Assembly: GCF_006345805.1 (NCBI RefSeq)
Contig: NW_021825306.1
Coordinates: 1 to 15,924, forward strand
DNA from: Octopus sinensis
Taxonomy: Eukaryota
Direction of reading: 5' to 3'
DNA length: 15,924 bases
Shown: positions 10,323 through 15,924 of the stretch, in pieces
Position numbering within the stretch: the first letter of the stretch is position 1
Layout: each line of letters starts with the position of its first letter
The notes under the pieces: model-generated
What the model was told of the DNA's origin: nothing
What the model saw: only the letters and a program-made list of their open reading frames with translations
Databases searched by the model: none
Program-made: the position numbers and the translations under genes

Positions 10323-10480
10323 ATGTTCTGAGTTCAAATTCCGCCGAGGTCGACTTTGCCTTTCATCCTTTCATGCTCGATAAATTAAGTACTAGTTACG
10401 TACTGGGGTCGATCTAATCGACTGGCCCCTTCCCCCAAAACTTCGGGCCTTGTGCCTAGAATAGAAAAGAATATTATTAT
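10323..10480 (+). mobile_element. 5'-truncated family B SINE
   Basis: GTTCTGAGTTCAAATTCCGCCGAGGTCGACTTTGCCTTTCATCC...CTGGGGTCGATCTAATCGAC. Confidence 0.9.
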
Positions 10481-10492
10481 CACTTTTATATA

Positions 10493-10710
10493 AAGCGGTA
10501 ATCTGTTGATCCGTTAGTACGACGGCAAAATGCTTAATGGTATTTCGTCCGTCTTTAAGCTCAAATTCATCGACGTCGATTTTTTTTATCCTTTCGGGGG
10601 TCGATGAAATAAGTACCAGTTGAGCACTGGGGTCGATATAATCGACGTAAAACACTTGCCTAAAAATTGCAGGCGTTGTGCCAAAATTTAAAACCAAAAT
10701 ATTATAATTA
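10493..10710 (+). mobile_element. Diverged family B SINE (TTGTGCCAAAATTT-type tail)
   Basis: Degenerate head, then CCTTTCGGGGGTCGATGAAATAAGTACCAGTTGAGCACTGGGGTCGATATAATCGAC. Confidence 0.85.
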
Positions 10711-10752
10711 AAGGGTGGAAGAAAGGTGTTATAAGTCCAACAACTGTTTCCG

Positions 10753-11103
10753 ACGTTAACACGCCGGACGAAATGCTCAGCGGTATTTCGTCTGCCGTTA
10801 CGTTCTGAGTTCAAATTCTGCCGAGGTCGACTTTGACTTTCATCCTTTCGGGGTCGATTAAATAAGTACCAGTTACGCACTGGGGTCGATATAATCGACT
10901 TAATCCGTTTGTCTGTCCTTGTTTGTCCACTCTATGTTTAGCCCTTTGTGGGTAGTAAAGAAATAGGTATTTCGTCTGCTGTTACGTTCTTAGTTGAAAT
11001 TCCACCGAGGTCGACTTTGCCTTTCATCTTTTCGGAGTCGATTAAATAAGTACCAGTTACGCACTGAGGTCGATGTAATCGACTTAATCCCTTTGTCTGT
11101 CCT
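10753..11103 (+). mobile_element. Family B SINE tandem: unit 10753-10965 plus truncated unit 10966-11103
   Basis: Same GTAAAGAAATA|GGTATTTCGTC junction as at 9300/9301. Confidence 0.92.
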
Positions 11104-11549
11104 TCTTCGCTTTTTGTGCGACGACTAGTTCTGTCTCTTCCTCTTTCTTTGCCTCCTTTTTGCCTTCCTCTCCTCACTATCTTTCTCTTTCTTTCCCTCC
11201 CTTTACTTCTTTCTTCGTTCTGACTTTTTATCTGTCCTACGGGACATTCACGTTTTCCTTTGCGTTACCCCACATCTATCTGTCTTGCGACCGCACAGCG
11301 TCTTCTGCTATATATGTATATCATAATTTCTCGTGTTTGTTTCCGTCATTGCTCTGTACGTTCGTTAGCTAATCCCTGTGACTTTTCCCCACTGGTGCCA
11401 CTAAAAGTGAATGGTATCAAAGTTAAAGGCACGAAACTGTAATGATTTTTTGGACGACGACTGACGAGGAATAAGCTACGAATTTTCTGTTTGCTATGCT
11501 TTTGCAAAATTTCCCATTTGTTGTGCTTTTGTTACATTTTATAAATAAA

Positions 11550-11826
11550 TGTGTGTGTGTGTGAGTGTATGCGAGAGTGTGTGTCTGTGTTTGTATATTT
11601 GTGTGTGTGTATATATATGTGCATGTATAGATAGATAGATAGATACATACATACATACATACGTACACGCATACATACATATGTATGTATGCATGCGTGC
11701 ATATTTGTATGTACGTATGTATATATATATGTATGTATATATGCATGTATGTGTGTGGGTGTGTTTCTCTATATGTGTATGTGTGTGCCTCTGTTCGTCT
11801 TTGTATCCATCTGTTTGTCTCTGTCA

Positions 11827-11860
<34 letters not shown>

Positions 11861-12146
11861 ATGTATGTGTATCTGCGTATAGATATATGCATGTGTGCGT
11901 GTACTTGTGCGCGCGCCCGTGTGTGTGTGTGTGGTGTGTGCGTGTTTGTGTGTGTGTGTGTGTGTGCGTGTCTGTGTGTGTTTGTGTGTGTGGTTGTGTG
12001 TGTGTGTGTGTGTGCGTGTTTGTGTGTTGTGTGTGTGTGTGCGTGTTTGCGTTGTTGTGTGTGTTGTGTGGTGTGTGTGTTGTGTGCGTGTTTGTGTGTT
12101 GTGTGTGTTGTGTGTGTGCTGTGCGCTGCGCGTGCGTGTTGTGTGT

Positions 12147-12190
<44 letters not shown>

Positions 12191-12212
12191 TGTGTGTGTG
12201 TGTGTGTGTGGT
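11550..12212. repeat. Compound TG/TAGA/TACA/TC microsatellite ending in a long degenerate (TG)n
   Basis: Directly visible; source of the CVCV/HTHT ORFs. Confidence 0.96.
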
Positions 12213-12473
12213 TTTTGAAAACTCGATCACTTTCCTTTTCGCACATTTTCTTCGAATGAGAAAAACGCTTACGTTTAAGGTTTTGCAGCCTTAAAACAGA
12301 AAAATAATACAATCCAACACCCAAATAACATCACTCACTCTCCACACTCTCACACACACACACTCTTTCTCTCTATCTTACTCTCTCTCTCTCTCGTTTC
12401 TATTTTTCTTCTCCCTTCATTTTTCACTAAGGTCGTAGCTTTCTTCTACTTAGAGTCTGCCTGTTGTTGTTAC

Positions 12474-12479
12474 CTGACA
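12474..12479 (-). other. Candidate 6-nt microexon (TGTCAG) or recursive splice site
   Basis: Minus strand reads TTCTTTTCATTTACTTCAG|TGTCAG|GTAACA. Confidence 0.3.
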
Positions 12480-12524
12480 CTGAAGTAAATGAAAAGAACC
12501 ATACTTCCGCATTACACCGACTGA

Positions 12525-12933
12525 CACAAACGCACGCACGCACACACACACACATACACACATACTCACACACATACACACACACACACACACACGCACA
12601 TACACACACACACGCATACACACACACGCACACATGCACCCATACACATATGATGATGACGATGATGATGAGAGCGGTGATGGTTGTGGTGGTGGTGATG
12701 ATGATGATGATGATGATGATGATGGCGATGACGAATCTTTTAACGATGTTTTTATTGTCTTTGTGATCAGAAATGAAAGGACGGCCATTAACGTTGTCGT
12801 TGTTGTTTTGCTGTTGTATATTATTAATTTGTGAGTAGTAGTAGTAGTAGTAGTAGTAGAAGTTGTAGTAGTTGTAGTAGTTGTAGTAGTTGTAGTAGCA
12901 GCAGCAGCAGCAGCAGCAACAGCAATATAAATT

Positions 12934-12965
<32 letters not shown>

Positions 12966-12975
12966 GGTGGTGGTG
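12525..12975. repeat. (CA)n followed by (GAT)n, (TAG)n, (CAG)n and (GGT)n microsatellites
   Basis: Directly visible. Confidence 0.95.
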
Positions 12976-13177
12976 GCGGCGGCCTTCTCATTTGTCGTGT
13001 GTGTTTGGTAGTGTGTTGGGAGTTTCGGATGGAAGAGCGAGATAACCGAGATGAATAAATAGAAACTTGAGGTACTTGTGTTTCTGTGAAGTGAGGGTGG
13101 GTTGGCGCGGGTGGACGGAAGGAGAGTACCGTTTCTGTGAAGTGAGGGAGTGAGGGGCAGCTTTCATACAACGAATA

Positions 13178-13625
13178 GAAGAAGAAGAAGAAGAAGAAGA
13201 AGAAGAAGAAGAAGAAGAAGAAGAAGAAGAAGAAGAAGAAGAAGAAGAACAACAACAACAACAACAACAACAAAAACAGCGGCAGCAACAACAACAACAA
13301 CACAACAGCAACAACGGTTGATGTCAGTAAATTATCTGAAGTGAAATTGGCTTTAATGGAAATAAGGAAACGTAAGAATTTTGAAGAATTGGGGGTAAGG
13401 AAAAGATAGAAGGAAGAGATAGAGAGAAAAACGAAGAAGAAGAAGAAGAAGAAGAAGAGGAAGGAGGAGGAGGAGGAGGAAGAAGGAGAAGAAGAAAAAG
13501 AAGAAGAACAACAACAACGAGAAGCACAAGAAGAAGAAGAACAACAACAATAACAACAACAACAACTGCAGCAGCAGCAACAACAACATCAACAACAAAA
13601 GGAAGACGAAGAAGAAAAAAATTGC
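13178..13625. repeat. (GAA)24 followed by (CAA)n, (GAA/GGA)n and (CAA/CAG)n compound trinucleotide array
   Basis: Pure GAA run at 13178-13249; the rest is directly visible. Confidence 0.96.
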
Positions 13626-13733
13626 CGCCACCACCGCTACGTTGAGACGAAGACATACAGAGATGGAAAAAAGAGTAAGTTAAGAAAACAGGAAGTGAAG
13701 TTGTTTATCCAACAGAGGAAGTAAATGTGCAGT

Positions 13734-13753
13734 GGGGTGGGGTGGGGGCGGGG
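13734..13753 (+). other. G-quadruplex motif G4-T-G4-T-G5-C-G4, containing GC box GGGGCGGGG
   Basis: GGGGTGGGGTGGGGGCGGGG. Confidence 0.75.
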
Positions 13754-13999
13754 AATAAGTATCTTCAGCCTTTAATGCTTTTCTTTGCTGGAATTCTTCC
13801 CTTTACGAAAGGGGCTTAGTTTCTGACAAGCAAAACAAATCAATTTTCGTTGCTATTTAGACAGCAACATATACTGTTAGGTTACTGAATAAACTTAGAA
13901 AAGGCTTCAATATTTTCACTGTTCCTTCTATTTATTTATGTATAACTGTAGCTTACAGAATAAACTTAGAAAAGGCTTCAGTATTTTCCGTTCTCTCTG

Positions 14000-14250
14000 T
14001 TTACTCTTTACTCTTTTAATTGTTTCAGTGATGTGACTGTAGCCATGCTGGAGCACCGCCTTTATAGTCGAGCAAATCGACCCCAGGGCTTATTCTTTGT
14101 AAGCCTAGTACTAATTCTATCGGTCTCTTTGGCCGAACTGCTAAGCTACGGGAACGTAAACACACCAGCATCGGTTGTCAAGCGATGTTGTGGGGAAGAC
14201 AAACACAGACACAGAAATATATACACATACATACGTACATATATATATAT

Positions 14251-14298
<48 letters not shown>

Positions 14299-14331
14299 AT
14301 ATATATATATAATATACGTATATATATATAA

Positions 14332-14389
<58 letters not shown>

Positions 14390-14934
14390 GGCAGTTTGTC
14401 TGTGTGCGTGTCTGTGTGTCTGTTAGGTTGTACCCTCACCCTGACCGCGGCTTTCAACCGATCCTGATGAAACTTGACACACACATAGCCCAATGTCATA
14501 ATTCAAAAAAACGCAGCGAAAATTTTGAAAAGTTCCCCCAGTTTTGAAAAAGATCGATAAATTCGACATGGGGTCGACAATCAGAAACACAAACCACAGA
14601 CTGTCTAGGGGACGCAACTCGACCTTTTTAACTCACAAAAAAAAAATTTACCATAATTATTTTCCCATTTTTTTTGCTATTTTTTGGCTATAACTCTCTA
14701 AAAATGCTTTATAGTTATTTCCCTTACAAACCCGAGCAACGCCGGGCGATACTGCTAGTATATATATATATCTATATATATATAATATATATATATATAT
14801 GTATGTATATATACATGATGGGCTTCTTTCAGTTTCTGTTTACCAAATCCACTCACAAGGATTTGGTCGGCCCGAGGCTATAGTAAAAGACACTTGCCCA
14901 AGGTGCCACTTACCACACAACCACTCCTGCGCCT
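14000..14934 (-). mobile_element. Family A SINE split by a Helitron in its internal (TA)n tract; B-box region deleted
   Basis: 3' half at ~14000-14225 and 5' half at ~14812-14934 are colinear. The head reads GGTGCCA|CTTACCAC and lacks the ~45 nt present in other copies. Confidence 0.88.
14386..14758 (+). mobile_element. Non-autonomous Helitron
   Basis: 3' end has GC hairpin CCCGAGCAACGCCGGG (14731-14746), then CTAG (14755-14758) followed by T, the canonical Helitron terminus. The 5' end merges into (TA)n, so the start is approximate. Confidence 0.8.
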
Positions 14935-14943
14935 TAATTTATG

Positions 14944-15060
14944 TATAATATTTTGGTTTTAAATTTTGGCACAACGCCTGCAATTTTTAGGCAAGTGTTT
15001 TAAGTCTATTATATCGACCCCAATGCTTAACTGGTACGTATTTCATTGACCCCCGAAAGG
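14944..15060 (-). mobile_element. 3' part of family B SINE, inverted match to ~10590-10706
   Basis: 14944-15001 is the exact reverse complement of 10649-10706. Confidence 0.9.
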
Positions 15061-15167
15061 ATATATATATATATACCCTCCCATCACACACCTACACCCG
15101 CACATATACAGACATATGCATAACTGTATAAATGAAGGGGACTTGTTCATGAAAGTCGCACATATGC

Positions 15168-15419
15168 ACGTAACGGCAGACGAAATACCTATTTCTTTAC
15201 TACCCAAAAGGGGCTAAACATGAAGTGGTCACACAAGGACAGACAAACGGATTAAGTCGATTACATCGACCCCAGTGTGTAACTGGTACTTATTTAATCG
15301 ACTCCGAAAGGATGAAAGGCAAAGTCGACCTCGGTGGAATTTGAACTCAGAACGTAACGGCGGACGAAATACCGCTAAGCATTTCGTCCGGCGTGCTAAC
15401 GATTCTGCCAGCTCGCCGT
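15168..15419 (-). mobile_element. Full family B SINE (15190-15419) plus the start of a tandem second unit (15168-15189)
   Basis: Reverse complement begins CGGCGAGCTGGCAGAATCGTTAGCACGCCGG and ends GTAAAGAAATA|GGTATTTCGTCTGCCGTTACG. Confidence 0.93.
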
Positions 15420-15703
15420 CATGTACCAGCATTAATTATTATGGAGCTCCAAGACCCCAGAAACAGTTGTTGGACTTATAACACCTTTCTTCCACCCCTT
15501 CAATTTTCTCTGCGTAAGTTGGGTCTATTAATATATAAATATCTATATATTTATGATTAAAAATTTATCATCTGAATGTCTCCACCTTGTGCGTGTGTAC
15601 ATATGTAAATATTTTGTACTTCATACATATTTAAGATAGTTAATTTAATTGATGTACCTAATTTGTTTGTCTGCATAATTGCCTCTCTATCCGCTCAACT
15701 TAC

Positions 15704-15779
15704 AGCCATTAGAATCGACCTCCTGTAAAGACAACTTTTGAGCACTACTACGTGTGTTCCATACTGAGAATCTCTGGAT
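15704..15779 (-). CDS. Candidate internal exon, IQRFSVWNTRSSAQKLSLQEVDSNG; alternative acceptor gives 15784-15704, CRSRDSQYGTHVVVLKSCLYRRSILMA
   Basis: Consensus donor GCT|GTAAGT (15703-15698) and two AGs 5 nt apart upstream, each giving an open frame. A competing plus-strand acceptor overlaps the same site. Confidence 0.25.
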
Positions 15780-15924
15780 CTACACTAAGGACCAACCACA
15801 GATTCAGATCTACAGTTTGAATTGGATTTGGTGTTTATATGTCTATAGTGTTCTACGGACACTTGGTTCCTCCATTGTTGTTTACTTCACAGTGAACTAA
15901 TTAAATATTATTCTACAGAATAAT

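Noticed and set aside
10392-10880. 162-aa ORF and the similar ORF at 15275-15481 (MxNWYLFNR...)
   Set aside because: Antisense translations of family B SINE copies; the similarity reflects the repeat
11360-11402. Minus-strand acceptor CATTCACTTTTAG|TGGCACC
   Set aside because: Two frames stop within 12 codons, there is no convincing donor, and the open frame does not fit the neighbouring candidate exon phases
13080-13148. CRISPR-like repeat-spacer-repeat
   Set aside because: Only two repeats, eukaryotic context and no cas genes
12450-13656. Poly-L/S/C/R/Q/D ORFs
   Set aside because: Trinucleotide-repeat artefacts with no non-repetitive domain
15783-15825. Short similarity (AGGACCAACCACAGATT) to the start of the 10295 exon, suggesting an inverted paralog
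   Set aside because: Similarity does not extend on either side; probably chance

Overview
AT-rich, repeat-dominated eukaryotic genomic DNA. The SINE set and dense microsatellites point to an octopus (coleoid cephalopod); this is recognition from memory, not a database result. Most of the window is interspersed repeat: about 8 copies or fragments of a tRNA-headed SINE with a CORE-like block (my label 'family A'), about 8 copies or fragments of a hairpin-rich SINE ('family B'), two other tRNA-headed SINEs, a non-autonomous Helitron nested in a SINE, and long di-, tri- and tetranucleotide microsatellites. No complete or nameable protein-coding gene is visible, and nearly all long ORFs in the track are microsatellite artefacts. 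The unique islands hold the best leads, all unconfirmed and mostly on the minus strand: a tandem pair of paralogous 36-38 aa hydrophobic small ORFs (6472-6796), a coding-like exon (10295-10114), a candidate 6-nt microexon or recursive splice site (12474-12479), a candidate exon at 15704-15779/15784, a CpG-rich island with a palindrome (7503-8150), and inverted repeats able to form dsRNA, including an apparent local inverted duplication (10649-11103 vs 14944-15497).
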